A DNA stretch of 32,000 bases from Pseudidiomarina andamanensis (GTDB lineage Bacteria; Pseudomonadota; Gammaproteobacteria; Enterobacterales; Alteromonadaceae). Both the position numbers and the translations under genes were made by a program. Of the stretch, positions 11,633 to 21,236 are shown one piece after another; the first letter of the stretch is position 1, and each line of letters begins with the position of its first letter. The notes beneath the pieces are model-generated. The model saw nothing but the letters and a program-made list of their open reading frames with translations, did no database searches and was not told where the DNA came from. Location: the NCBI RefSeq assembly GCF_009734345.1, contig NZ_CP032551.1, positions 1,440,001-1,472,000 of the forward strand, read 5' to 3'.

Positions 11633-11723
11633 CGTTGATAACTCCTAAACCTAATGGTTGTGGTTGATAACTATGCTTCAGAGATGAGCTGAAGCTGTTA
11701 AAAAATGTGTTGTGCCCCCTGTT

Positions 11724-11749
11724 ATGGGGGATAAAAAATTGATATCAAG
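11724..11749 (-). promoter_or_regulatory. Sigma32 (heat-shock) promoter of groESL
   Basis: The minus strand reads CTTGAT - 14 nt - CCCCATAA, the same architecture as E. coli dnaK P1 (consensus CTTGAAA / CCCCATNT), about 85 nt upstream of groES. Confidence 0.7.
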
Positions 11750-11811
11750 GTTTTCTGATAAATTTTTTTTGTTTTCGTATACTGACCAAAATTTAACGTA
11801 CAGGTGTATGT

Positions 11812-12135
11812 ATGACGACAGAACATCGTTTAGTGATTTGTAGTTGTCCAGATAAACATGTTGCCAAGGCGCTTGCCGATAAGATACTGCGAGCGCGCTA
11901 TGCGGCATGTGTGAATATCTCTGCACCATCAACCTCGATGTATTGGTGGGACGATCACATTCATGCCGATGAAGAAGTTTTGCTGCAAATCAAAACAACG
12001 GTCGGTTCACTTGATGCACTGTTTGAACTCATTCAAACTGCGCACCCGTACGATGTTCCTGAAATTGTCGCTTTAGCCATTACTGAAGGCTCTGAAAGCT
12101 ATCTAAACTGGATTACACAGGTCACCCAATCATGA
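11812..12135 (+). CDS. cutA: Divalent-cation tolerance protein CutA, 107 aa
   Basis: Co-linear with E. coli CutA (..AACVNI.....S.YWW.......E..L.IKT......L......HPYDVPEI..L.I..G...YL.W). ATGA overlap with dsbD, as in the E. coli cutA-dipZ operon. Confidence 0.85.
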   Translation: MTTEHRLVICSCPDKHVAKALADKILRARYAACVNISAPSTSMYWWDDHIHADEEVLLQIKTTVGSLDALFELIQTAHPYDVPEIVALAITEGSESYLNWITQVTQS

Positions 12136-13907
12136 AGCCAATGTGGTATCGAAGCTTTGTTATGATATTTGCGTTATGGATGTCGCTTACATCTGCCGTT
12201 TTTGCACAAGCGCAGTTTGAATTGGGGCAGGATGACCCGTTTGCACAGCAAAATCAGTTTTTGCCGGTTGATGAAGCATTTCAGTTCGATTTTCGACAGC
12301 AAGGCGATAAGCTTACAATAAGTTGGGAGATTGCTGATAGTTACTATATGTATCAGCATCGCTTTGTCGTCAAAACACCGGTCCAATTAAAAGAAGAACC
12401 ACAGCTACCTGAAGGTGAGGCGCATTTTGATGAGTTCTTCGGCGAAACGATTGTTTATCGTGATTATGTCGAGCTCACCTATAATTTAAGCCAAGCAAGC
12501 CCTGATCAAGCGTTCACAATTTCGTATCAAGGTTGTGCCGATGCTGGTTTATGTTATCCGCCAACCGAAAAGACCATTTATCTCAGTGCCGTAAAAGGCG
12601 ATGGCTCAGTAGCCATTGATTTTCAGCAAGTCGCCGAGAATTCGCAACAAACCACATCATCGACTTTTTTTGATACCATTATTGAAAAGCCGCTATGGTT
12701 AGTATTACTGCTGTTTGTTGTGCTTGGTATTGGCTTAGCATTTACCCCTTGCGTGTTGCCGATGTACCCGATTATTTCTGCAATCATTATGGGGCAAACC
12801 GGTGCCAGTACTAACCAGCCGAAGCAATTAAGTACACGACGCGCCTTCACCTTAAGCCTCGCCTACGTGCAGGGTATGGCGATTACTTATTCCGTACTAG
12901 GCGTTGTTGTCGCGCTTGCTGGCTTGCGCTATCAAGCCATGTTGCAACACCCTGCAATTCTCATCACCTTAGCCATTGTATTTGTGCTGTTGGCCTTGAG
13001 TATGTTGGGTGCCTACACCCTGCAGTTACCTCAGCGTTGGCACAACTACTTAAACGAGTTGAGCCAATCACAACGCGGCGGTGCACATCGAAGTGTCTTT
13101 ACGATGGGTGCGATTTCGGGGCTGATTGCATCACCTTGCACCACAGCGCCATTATCCGGCGTTCTGCTGTTTATTGCACAGTCTGGCGATTTAACCATCG
13201 GCGCAGCAGTACTTTATGCCTTAAGTGTTGGCATGGGCTTACCACTATTAGCCTTCGGTGTAACCGGTGGCAAACTGTTACCAAAGGCTGGTGCGTGGAT
13301 GAATACCATCAAACGCGTATTTGGTGTGGTGTTGTTAGGCGTTGCTATTGTACTGATCGAGCGACTCATTCCATACGCAGTAGCTGATTGGTTGTGGGTG
13401 GCATTTATTGCATTGAGCGCTATCTACCTTATTCAAGCAGACATGCGTGAACTCTCGAAAAAGGCAGCTGCTAGGTTTGCTGCTGCGTGGCTCATCATCA
13501 GTGGTGTTCTCTTATATAGTTGGTGGCCGCAATCACATCATACGCTACCATTTATTCAGGTAACCTCCGTGGCCGAAATTCAGCAACAATTAGAAACCGC
13601 AGCTAGCGACAATAAAGTTGTGATGCTCGATCTTTACGCCGATTGGTGTGTCGCATGTAAAGAGTTTGAACGTGATACTTTCTCGGCAGAAGAAGTTGCT
13701 GCCGCAACCGCTGACGTGGTGTTGCTGCAAGCTGACGTTACTGCAAACACCAGCGCAAACAATGCAATTCTAGCTGAATATCAAGTACTCGGCTTGCCGA
13801 CTATCTTGTTCTTCAAGAACCAACAAGAGTTAAGTCGATCGCGAGTTACTGGGTTTATGCCTGCAGAAAACTTCGCCGAACACATAGAAGAGTTAAAAAC
13901 ACGTTAA
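12132..13907 (+). CDS. dsbD: Thiol:disulfide interchange protein DsbD, 591 aa
   Basis: Signal peptide, N-terminal periplasmic domain (YQGCADAGLCYPP), a central TM core with FTPCVLPM and ASPCTTAP, and a C-terminal thioredoxin domain with WCVACK. Confidence 0.92.
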   Translation: MKPMWYRSFVMIFALWMSLTSAVFAQAQFELGQDDPFAQQNQFLPVDEAFQFDFRQQGDKLTISWEIADSYYMYQHRFVVKTPVQLKEEPQLPEGEAHFDEFFGETIVYRDYVELTYNLSQASPDQAFTISYQGCADAGLCYPPTEKTIYLSAVKGDGSVAIDFQQVAENSQQTTSSTFFDTIIEKPLWLVLLLFVVLGIGLAFTPCVLPMYPIISAIIMGQTGASTNQPKQLSTRRAFTLSLAYVQGMAITYSVLGVVVALAGLRYQAMLQHPAILITLAIVFVLLALSMLGAYTLQLPQRWHNYLNELSQSQRGGAHRSVFTMGAISGLIASPCTTAPLSGVLLFIAQSGDLTIGAAVLYALSVGMGLPLLAFGVTGGKLLPKAGAWMNTIKRVFGVVLLGVAIVLIERLIPYAVADWLWVAFIALSAIYLIQADMRELSKKAAARFAAAWLIISGVLLYSWWPQSHHTLPFIQVTSVAEIQQQLETAASDNKVVMLDLYADWCVACKEFERDTFSAEEVAAATADVVLLQADVTANTSANNAILAEYQVLGLPTILFFKNQQELSRSRVTGFMPAENFAEHIEELKTR

Positions 13908-14004
13908 AACTTGCAGCGAACAGCGGTGATAAGACCAGTATTTTGCTGCTTATTCTCATTTTTTCACTATAATGCTGAATTAGGTGTTGAATTAGAGGCT
14001 GTAA

Positions 14005-14517
14005 ATGGCCTCTAATATCAATCTTGATACGTTCGCAGCAGATCGCAGCATTATGACAGCAAATAACGATAAAAAATTCAGAGTGCTATTACTCAACGGC
14101 CCTAACCTTAACTTGTTAGGTTCCCGTGAGCCAGAAATCTATGGCAGCGACACGCTCGATAAAATTGAGCACCGCTTACGCGAACACGCTGAATCAATGG
14201 GTATTACCCTTGATTGTCGGCAATCCAACGCCGAGCATCAATTGATTGACTGGGTTCATGAAGCGCGAACCTCACACGTCGATTACATCATTATTAATCC
14301 TGGCGCGTATACACATACTAGCATTGCGTTGCGCGATGCTCTTGCTGGGGTCGCAATTCCGTTTACTGAAATACACCTTTCCAATATTCACGCTCGCGAA
14401 GAATTTCGTCAGCATTCCTTTTTAGCAGATATTGCTGTTGGTGTTATTTGTGGGTTTGGTGCTCAAGGTTACGACTTTGCGCTACAAGCAGCGAAGCACT
14501 TTTTAAGCAAGCAATAA
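14005..14517 (+). CDS. aroQ: Type II 3-dehydroquinate dehydratase AroQ (170 aa from 14005; 154 aa if the ATG at 14053 is used)
   Basis: [55 protein letters not shown] lies 6 nt upstream of 14005, which favours the long form, but homologs usually begin near 14053. Confidence 0.88.
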   Translation: MASNINLDTFAADRSIMTANNDKKFRVLLLNGPNLNLLGSREPEIYGSDTLDKIEHRLREHAESMGITLDCRQSNAEHQLIDWVHEARTSHVDYIIINPGAYTHTSIALRDALAGVAIPFTEIHLSNIHAREEFRQHSFLADIAVGVICGFGAQGYDFALQAAKHFLSKQ

Positions 14518-14548
14518 CGAACATAAAACATTGGGGTCATAATAGATC

Positions 14549-15007
14549 ATGGATATTCGTAAAATTAAAAAACTGATCGAACTGGTTGAAGAATCGGGTA
14601 TTGCCGAACTTGAAATTACCGAAGGTGAAGAGTCGGTACGTATTCACCGTGGCGGTAGTCACAGTGCGCCAATGCACTATCAATTGGCGCCACAGCAAAT
14701 GATGGCTGCACCAGCGCCTGCTCCGACAGCAGCACCAGCTGCGGCTGAAGCTCCTGCAGCACCTGAGCTATCCGGCCACGTTGTGAAATCACCAATGGTT
14801 GGTACCTTCTATGCAGCGCCAGCACCTGGTGCCGCTGATTTTGTTAGCGTTGGTCAACAAGTGAAAGCTGGCGATACCTTGTGTATTGTTGAAGCAATGA
14901 AAATGATGAACCAAATTGAAGCCGATAAAGGCGGCGTGGTGAAACAAATTCTTGTTGAGAACGGTGAGCCGGTCGAATTTGACCAACCTCTGTTTGTCAT
15001 CGAATAA
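14549..15007 (+). CDS. accB: Acetyl-CoA carboxylase biotin carboxyl carrier protein, 152 aa
   Basis: [18 protein letters not shown].., an Ala/Pro-rich linker, and the biotinylation motif [13 protein letters not shown]. Confidence 0.95.
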   Translation: MDIRKIKKLIELVEESGIAELEITEGEESVRIHRGGSHSAPMHYQLAPQQMMAAPAPAPTAAPAAAEAPAAPELSGHVVKSPMVGTFYAAPAPGAADFVSVGQQVKAGDTLCIVEAMKMMNQIEADKGGVVKQILVENGEPVEFDQPLFVIE

Positions 15008-15030
15008 GCATATCGACACAGGACATAGTC

Positions 15031-16380
15031 ATGTTAGATAAGGTAGTGATTGCAAACCGAGGCGAGATTGCGCTGCGTATTTTACGCGCCTGTAAAGAAC
15101 TCGGTATCAAGACGGTAGCTGTGCATTCCACGGTTGACCGCAATCTAAAGCACGTGTTGTTGGCCGATGAATCAATCTGCATTGGTAATGGACCATCAAC
15201 CGATAGCTATTTAAATATTCCACGTATTATTAGTGCGGCAGAAATTACCGATGCTGCAGCGATTCACCCTGGTTACGGCTTTTTAGCCGAAAACGCTGAT
15301 TTTGCTGAACAAGTTGAAAATTCAGGCTTTATCTTCGTTGGGCCAACTGCGGATGTTATTCGCTTAATGGGCGATAAGGTATCGGCCATTGAAGCAATGA
15401 AGAAAGCAGGCGTGCCTTGCGTGCCAGGTTCGGGCGGCCCACTTGGCGATGATGACGCTGCCAATATTAAAATTGCCAAGCGTATTGGCTACCCAGTGAT
15501 CGTTAAAGCTGCTGGTGGTGGGGGTGGTCGTGGTATGCGCGTTGTTCGTAAAGAAGACGAATTACTGCGCGCAATTAGTACAACCAAAGCTGAAGCCGGT
15601 GCTGCATTTGGTAACTCGATGGTGTACATGGAGAAATTCCTAGAAAATCCACGCCACATCGAAATTCAGGTACTTGCTGATGGCCAAGGTAACGCCGTTT
15701 ATTTAGGCGAACGCGACTGCTCTATGCAGCGTCGTCACCAGAAAGTTGTGGAAGAGGCACCAGCACCAGGCGTTACTCCTGAAATGCGTAAGTTTATTGG
15801 TGAACGCTGTGTGAAAGCCTGTATCGAAATTGGCTACCGTGGTGCGGGTACGTTCGAATTCTTGTATGAGAACGGTGAGTTCTACTTCATTGAAATGAAT
15901 ACGCGTATACAAGTAGAGCACCCAGTGACCGAAATGATCACAGGTATCGACCTGATTAAAGAACAATTACGTGTAGCTGCTGGCCGTCAATTGTCTATCT
16001 CGCAAGAAGATATCGTTATTCGTGGACATGCCATTGAATGCCGTATCAACGCCGAAGATCCAAACACCTTTGTACCTTCGCCGGGCTTAATTACGCGTTT
16101 CCATCCGCCAGGTGGTCTTGGTGTTCGTTGGGATTCGCACGTTTACGCAGATTACAAAGTTCCGCCAAACTACGATTCAATGATAGGTAAGCTGATTACT
16201 TATGGTGAAAATCGTGATGTTGCGATTGCTCGTATGCGCAATGCCTTGAGTGAACTAATTATTGAAGGCATTAAAACCAACGTGCCATTGCAGAAAGACA
16301 TCATGGCTGACGAGAACTTCCAGCACGGTGGTACCAATATCCACTATCTGGAAAAGAAACTTGGTATGGGTGGTCACTAG
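15031..16380 (+). CDS. accC: Acetyl-CoA carboxylase biotin carboxylase subunit, 449 aa
   Basis: [26 protein letters not shown].., the ATP-grasp loop [14 protein letters not shown], and [14 protein letters not shown]. Confidence 0.97.
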   Translation: MLDKVVIANRGEIALRILRACKELGIKTVAVHSTVDRNLKHVLLADESICIGNGPSTDSYLNIPRIISAAEITDAAAIHPGYGFLAENADFAEQVENSGFIFVGPTADVIRLMGDKVSAIEAMKKAGVPCVPGSGGPLGDDDAANIKIAKRIGYPVIVKAAGGGGGRGMRVVRKEDELLRAISTTKAEAGAAFGNSMVYMEKFLENPRHIEIQVLADGQGNAVYLGERDCSMQRRHQKVVEEAPAPGVTPEMRKFIGERCVKACIEIGYRGAGTFEFLYENGEFYFIEMNTRIQVEHPVTEMITGIDLIKEQLRVAAGRQLSISQEDIVIRGHAIECRINAEDPNTFVPSPGLITRFHPPGGLGVRWDSHVYADYKVPPNYDSMIGKLITYGENRDVAIARMRNALSELIIEGIKTNVPLQKDIMADENFQHGGTNIHYLEKKLGMGGH

Positions 16381-16385
16381 CCCCC

Positions 16386-17267
16386 ATGCCTTGGATTCAA
16401 TTAACCGTTTCAGCGCCTGAGAAGCATGCCCCAAATATTGGGGACATGCTTGAGGGCAACGGCGCTATGGCCGTAACCTACCGCGATGCACAAGATAACC
16501 CCATTTTTGAGCCGCCACTTGGCGAACTTGTTTATTGGCAAGAGACGTTGGTCACTGGATTATTTCCAGCTGAAACCAATTTGGCGCCGGTTATTGAAAA
16601 TCTAAAGAAGTCGAGTTACTTCAAAGACGGTTTCAATTACAAAACCGATCAACTGGAAGACAAAGATTGGGAACGCGAGTGGATGGATAACTTCCACCCA
16701 ATTCAATTCGGCAAGCGTTTGTGGGTTTGCCCAAGCTGGCGCGATATTCCTGATCCCAATGCCGTTAATATTATGCTCGACCCTGGGATGGCTTTCGGTA
16801 CAGGTACGCACCCCACTACCGCGTTGTGCCTCGGTTGGCTTGATGGGCAAGACCTAACTGCGAAAACCGTCGTCGATTTTGGTTGTGGGTCAGGTATTCT
16901 AGCTATTGGTGCTTTATTGTTAGGTGCTAAGCGTGCCGTTGGTATCGACATTGATAAACAGGCGCTTATCGCCAGTATGGAAAATGCTGAACGCAATGGT
17001 GTCGCTGAGCAACTCGAAGTTTATCTGCCAAGTAATCAACCCAAACTAAAAGCCGATGTTGTCGTTGCTAATATTCTCGCGGGACCGTTGCAAGAACTCG
17101 CGAATATCATTACTGATTATGTCGCTGAAGGCGGCGAATTAGTCATGTCAGGTATACTTGAACGACAAATTCCAGCGGTGCAGGCTGCCTACGAAGACCA
17201 ATTTGAATTTAGCCCGCCACAGGTCAAAGATGGCTGGGTAATGCTCCACGCCAAGCGCAGACTGTAA
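16386..17267 (+). CDS. prmA: Ribosomal protein L11 methyltransferase PrmA, 293 aa
   Basis: MPWIQL.., DPGMAFGTGTHPTT, and the SAM motif VDFGCGSGILAI. Confidence 0.9.
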   Translation: MPWIQLTVSAPEKHAPNIGDMLEGNGAMAVTYRDAQDNPIFEPPLGELVYWQETLVTGLFPAETNLAPVIENLKKSSYFKDGFNYKTDQLEDKDWEREWMDNFHPIQFGKRLWVCPSWRDIPDPNAVNIMLDPGMAFGTGTHPTTALCLGWLDGQDLTAKTVVDFGCGSGILAIGALLLGAKRAVGIDIDKQALIASMENAERNGVAEQLEVYLPSNQPKLKADVVVANILAGPLQELANIITDYVAEGGELVMSGILERQIPAVQAAYEDQFEFSPPQVKDGWVMLHAKRRL

Positions 17268-17391
17268 TATTCCTGCAATTTGTCAAGAGCAAAAAGTACA
17301 AAAAAGGCGGCTTTTGTACAAATTACAGCCTTTTCTTTAGCCGCCAAATTCCCTAAAATTTCCCACCCTTGAGTTGCACAGTTTTTAACCG

Positions 17392-18357
17392 ATGCGGATC
17401 GGACCATATCAATTAGACAATCCAGTGATACTTGCGCCCATGGCGGGAGTAACCGACCTTCCCTTTCGACGTTTATGTCAAGAGTTGGGGGCTGGTTTGA
17501 CGGTGTCTGAAATGTTATCGAGTAATCCGCTGGTGTGGGATACCAAAAAGTCGCGTGACCGTATGGAACACGCTGATGAACCTGGTATTCGAGCGGTGCA
17601 AATTGCGGGGGCTGAGCCCGAGTTGATGGCTGCTGCGGCAATTCACAATGTGAATAACGGCGCACAAATCATCGACATTAATATGGGTTGCCCTGCAAAA
17701 AAGGTAAATAAGAAGCTGGCAGGCTCGGCGTTGCTGCAGTACCCCGATCTGGTCGAATCGATTTTGACCGCGGTAATCGCAGCAGTAGACGTACCTGTCA
17801 CACTGAAAATACGCACGGGGTGGGACCCAGAAAATCGCAATGGCGTTGCAATTGCCAAGCTTGCTGAGCAACTCGGTATTCAGTCATTAGCGGTTCATGG
17901 CAGAACGCGGGCGTGTATGTATAAAGGCAATGCGGAATACGACACCATTCGAGCAATTAAGAATGCTGTCACAATTCCGGTGGTTGCTAATGGTGATATC
18001 ACCACGCCTGAAAAGGCAAAACAGGTTCTTGAGTATACCGGTGCCGACGCCATCATGATTGGTCGCGGCGCACAAGGGAATCCGTGGTTGTTTCGCGAAA
18101 TTGCTCATTATTTAGCAACGGGCGAGCAGCTTCCGCCACCAAGTAGTGATGAAGTTTGTGATGTTGTTCTACGGCATGTTCGCAATCTCCACCAACATTA
18201 CGGTGAATACAGCGGCGTTCGGATTGCCCGAAAACATGTGGGTTGGTACTTACAACAGCAACAACCCGCGTCAGCTTTTCGTCGGGAGTTTGTCAGCATT
18301 GAAGATGCTAACGAACAACTAACAGCCCTGACGAAGTTTTTTGCAACAGTAAACTAG
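17392..18357 (+). CDS. dusB: tRNA-dihydrouridine synthase B, 321 aa
   Basis: [25 protein letters not shown]...[19 protein letters not shown], and HGRTRAC. Immediately upstream of fis, as in E. coli. Confidence 0.93.
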   Translation: MRIGPYQLDNPVILAPMAGVTDLPFRRLCQELGAGLTVSEMLSSNPLVWDTKKSRDRMEHADEPGIRAVQIAGAEPELMAAAAIHNVNNGAQIIDINMGCPAKKVNKKLAGSALLQYPDLVESILTAVIAAVDVPVTLKIRTGWDPENRNGVAIAKLAEQLGIQSLAVHGRTRACMYKGNAEYDTIRAIKNAVTIPVVANGDITTPEKAKQVLEYTGADAIMIGRGAQGNPWLFREIAHYLATGEQLPPPSSDEVCDVVLRHVRNLHQHYGEYSGVRIARKHVGWYLQQQQPASAFRREFVSIEDANEQLTALTKFFATVN

Positions 18358-18375
18358 AAGAGATAGAGCGCACCT

Positions 18376-18669
18376 ATGTTTGATCAAAACGCAAATCGTG
18401 ATCCGATTTCTCCATTTACCACAATTGGTAACAATGCTCAGCCGAAGCCACTGCGTGATTCGGTAAAGCAAGCGTTGAATTCATTTTTAAAGCAACTTGA
18501 CGGACACGATCCTGAAGAGCTATATGAATTAGTGCTCGCTGAAGTTGAAGCACCGCTATTGGAAGAGGTCATGACCTATACGCGTGGTAATCAAACCCGC
18601 GCCGCAACGATGCTTGGCATCAACCGCGGCACCTTGCGTAAGAAGCTGAAAAAATACGGCATGAACTAA
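18376..18669 (+). CDS. fis: Nucleoid-associated DNA-binding protein Fis, 97 aa
   Basis: C-terminal half [43 protein letters not shown] is almost invariant Fis sequence. Confidence 0.97.
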   Translation: MFDQNANRDPISPFTTIGNNAQPKPLRDSVKQALNSFLKQLDGHDPEELYELVLAEVEAPLLEEVMTYTRGNQTRAATMLGINRGTLRKKLKKYGMN

Positions 18670-18680
18670 GTGCCCCCAGA

Positions 18681-18709
18681 AAAAGAGCGCCTTGTGTGCT
18701 CTTTTTTTC
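18681..18709 (+). terminator. Rho-independent terminator after fis
   Basis: AAAAGAGC ... GCTCTTTT stem followed by a T run (GCTCTTTTTTTCTTT). Confidence 0.65.
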
Positions 18710-18739
18710 TTTGTAAGACATCAAAAAGGTAGAGCAACC

Positions 18740-20308
18740 ATGCAACATCGTCCTATTCAACGCGCCCTTTTAAGTGTTTCCGACAAAACTGGAATCGTCG
18801 CTTTTGCACAAGCGCTCGTGCAACGCGGCGTCGCTATTTTATCAACGGGTGGCACAGCAAAATTACTTCGCGAACATAACGTGCCGGTAACAGATGTATC
18901 GGAACACACGGGGCAGCCAGAAATTATGGATGGTCGTGTGAAGACCTTGCACCCAAAAATTCATGGCGGCATCTTGGCCCGACGTGATGTCGACCAGCAA
19001 GTCATGGCTGATCAAGGTATCGCGCCGATTGATCTGGTTGCGGTAAATCTCTATCCATTTGCAGAAACGGTTGCTGACGAAAACTGTTCGCATGAAGATG
19101 CTGTCGAGAATATCGATATCGGCGGCCCTACGATGGTTCGTGCAGCAGCCAAGAATCACCGTGATGTGACGATTATTGTTAATGCGGCTGATTATGATCG
19201 CGTTATTGCTGAAATGGACGCTAATAACAATAGCCTGACGTTTGATACACGTTTTGATTTGGCCATCAAAGCTTTCGAACACACCGCTCAGTATGACGGT
19301 ATGATTGCGAATTACTTTGGTGCGCGTTTACCACAGCAAGAAAGTAAATTTCCACGAACCTTCAACGCGCAGTTCGAGAAGAAGCAAGATCTGCGCTATG
19401 GCGAAAATAGCCATCAACAAGCAGCCTTCTATGTGGAATCAAAACCAAGTGAAGCCTCAGTATCAACCGCTGTACAGTTACAAGGCAAAGAACTTTCATT
19501 TAATAACATTGCTGACACTGATGCTGCGCTCGAATGCGTCAAATCATTTGAGCAACCAGCCTGTGTGATTGTGAAGCATGCAAACCCATGTGGCGTCGCT
19601 ATTGCTGAAACACCGTTGGTAGCGTATGACCGCGCCTTCAAAACCGACCCAACTTCAGCGTTTGGTGGCATTATTGCCTTCAACCGGGAACTGGATGGTG
19701 ATACCGCAAAAGCGATTGTGGACCGTCAGTTTGTGGAAGTCATTATTGCTCCGGTGGTGAGCCAAGCCGCGCGCGATGTTATCGCAAGCAAAGCGAACGT
19801 GCGTTTATTGGAATGCGGACAGTGGCCAGCCAAGCGCACACCGAGTCTTGATTACAAGCGCGTTAACGGTGGTTTGTTGGTTCAAGATAATGACCAAGGC
19901 GAAATTACCCTTAACGACTTGAAAGTGGTCACCGAGAAGCAGCCGACCGAATCTCAGTTGCAAGACTTATTGTTCTGCTGGAAAGTTGCGAAGTTCGTTA
20001 AATCGAACGCCATTGTTTACGCTCGTGACGGCATGACGATTGGTGTTGGTGCGGGTCAAATGAGCCGCGTCTACAGTGCCAAAATTGCTGGAATCAAAGC
20101 TGCCGATGAGAATTTGGAAGTACCAGGATCGGTGATGGCATCCGATGCTTTCTTCCCGTTCCGCGATGGCATTGATGCGGCAGCGGCGGCTGGTATTACC
20201 GCGATTATTCAACCGGGTGGTTCAATTCGTGATGAAGAAATTATTGCCGCGGCAAACGAACATGGCATTGCCATGGTGTTTACTGGCATGCGTCACTTCC
20301 GTCACTAA
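18740..20308 (+). CDS. purH: Bifunctional AICAR transformylase / IMP cyclohydrolase PurH, 522 aa
   Basis: [16 protein letters not shown]...[23 protein letters not shown], and C-terminal IQPGGSIRD....[18 protein letters not shown]. The start was set at the ATG at 18740; the ORF-track extension overlaps the fis terminator. Confidence 0.96.
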   Translation: MQHRPIQRALLSVSDKTGIVAFAQALVQRGVAILSTGGTAKLLREHNVPVTDVSEHTGQPEIMDGRVKTLHPKIHGGILARRDVDQQVMADQGIAPIDLVAVNLYPFAETVADENCSHEDAVENIDIGGPTMVRAAAKNHRDVTIIVNAADYDRVIAEMDANNNSLTFDTRFDLAIKAFEHTAQYDGMIANYFGARLPQQESKFPRTFNAQFEKKQDLRYGENSHQQAAFYVESKPSEASVSTAVQLQGKELSFNNIADTDAALECVKSFEQPACVIVKHANPCGVAIAETPLVAYDRAFKTDPTSAFGGIIAFNRELDGDTAKAIVDRQFVEVIIAPVVSQAARDVIASKANVRLLECGQWPAKRTPSLDYKRVNGGLLVQDNDQGEITLNDLKVVTEKQPTESQLQDLLFCWKVAKFVKSNAIVYARDGMTIGVGAGQMSRVYSAKIAGIKAADENLEVPGSVMASDAFFPFRDGIDAAAAAGITAIIQPGGSIRDEEIIAAANEHGIAMVFTGMRHFRH

Positions 20309-20376
20309 CGGATTGATTTGCTGAAATGGCAAGCACGGTTTAGGATGAAGCTATCTTAAAGCTTAGGAGCAAGATA

Positions 20377-21225
20377 ATGACTGTACGTAATCGTCTGTTA
20401 AATCTGTTATTCATCCCTTTAACCGTGCTTGGTCTAAACGCCTGTTCAGAGCCATCTGAGACGACGGCAACTGCACCTAATTTATTACAGCAAGCGATTG
20501 ATTCTGAAACTCGTTCGGCATCTAATCGTGCTCGCGATGAGTTTCGCCATCCAGCAGAAACGCTTGAATTTTTCGGAATTCAGCCGACCTCAACCGTGGT
20601 TGAAATCTCACCCGGCGGTGGCTGGTACACAGAAATTTTGGCGCCGTATTTGAAAGACGAAGGTCTGCTTTACGCTGCACACTTCCCGGCAAATAGCAGT
20701 CGTGAGTATTATCAACGCTCGCGCCAAGCTTTCATGGAGCGGGTTACCAATGACGCAGCCTTCAGCGCTGTGGTTGTCACTGAGTTCGCGCCATTGAGCG
20801 ATAGTGTCATCGCACCGCCTGAAAGCGCTGATATGGTGCTCACCTTCCGTAACTTGCATAACTGGTACATGGGTGGTGGCGAAGAAGCGGTACAAGATGC
20901 ATTCATGCAATTCTATTCTGCGTTAAAACCAGGCGGCGTGCTTGGCGTGGTTGATCATCGCTTACCAGAAATGCGTCCGGATGAAGACATGGCGAGTTCT
21001 GGCTATATGAAGGAAAGCTTTGCGATTGCAATGGCGGAGTCGGTCGGCTTTGAACTGGCCGCGCGTAGCGAAGTGAATGCGAATCCAAATGACACCGCCG
21101 ATCATCCGCGCGGCGTTTGGACATTGCCGCCAACGCTGGGTTTAGGCGATGATGACAGAGAAAAATACACAGCTATTGGTGAAAGTGATCGCTTCACCCT
21201 TAAATTTGTAAAACCTAAATCGTAA
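20377..21225 (+). CDS. Exported (probable lipoprotein) class I SAM-dependent methyltransferase-fold protein, COG4798-like, 282 aa
   Basis: Signal peptide ending LGLNAC (lipobox-like). RDEFRHPAETLEFFGI.P...VVEISPGGGWYTEILAP (glycine-rich SAM-like loop) and LKPGGVLGVVDH. AGGAG SD. The stop lies 11 nt before purD. Confidence 0.6.
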   Translation: MTVRNRLLNLLFIPLTVLGLNACSEPSETTATAPNLLQQAIDSETRSASNRARDEFRHPAETLEFFGIQPTSTVVEISPGGGWYTEILAPYLKDEGLLYAAHFPANSSREYYQRSRQAFMERVTNDAAFSAVVVTEFAPLSDSVIAPPESADMVLTFRNLHNWYMGGGEEAVQDAFMQFYSALKPGGVLGVVDHRLPEMRPDEDMASSGYMKESFAIAMAESVGFELAARSEVNANPNDTADHPRGVWTLPPTLGLGDDDREKYTAIGESDRFTLKFVKPKS

Positions 21226-21236
21226 CGAGAGAGTAA

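Noticed and set aside
11717-11731. CCCCC-TGTTAT-GGGGG hairpin upstream of groES, considered as a terminator or attenuator
   Set aside because: It coincides with the sigma32 -10 element (CCCCAT). The G run is simply the complement of that motif plus a fortuitous C run, and most of it lies upstream of the expected transcription start.
11740-11749. Perfect palindrome TTGATATCAA, considered as an FNR/CRP-type site
   Set aside because: The half-sites have no 4-nt spacer, so the geometry is wrong for FNR (TTGAT-N4-ATCAA). The sequence is better explained as the -35 (CTTGAT) of the groESL sigma32 promoter.
11678-11932. 84-aa minus-strand ORF between groES and cutA
   Set aside because: It overlaps the sigma32 promoter and the 5' third of cutA, with no SD and no family resemblance.
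17189-17665. 158-aa minus-strand ORF spanning the prmA end, the intergenic region and the dusB start
   Set aside because: It overlaps two well-supported plus-strand genes and has a Pro/Gln-rich nonsense composition. Not credible as a gene.
18670-18739. Looked for a ZTP (pfl) riboswitch or a PurR box upstream of purH
   Set aside because: The 70-nt interval holds only the fis terminator and an SD. There is no ACGCAAACGTTTGCGT-like palindrome, and the interval is too short for the ZTP pseudoknot architecture.
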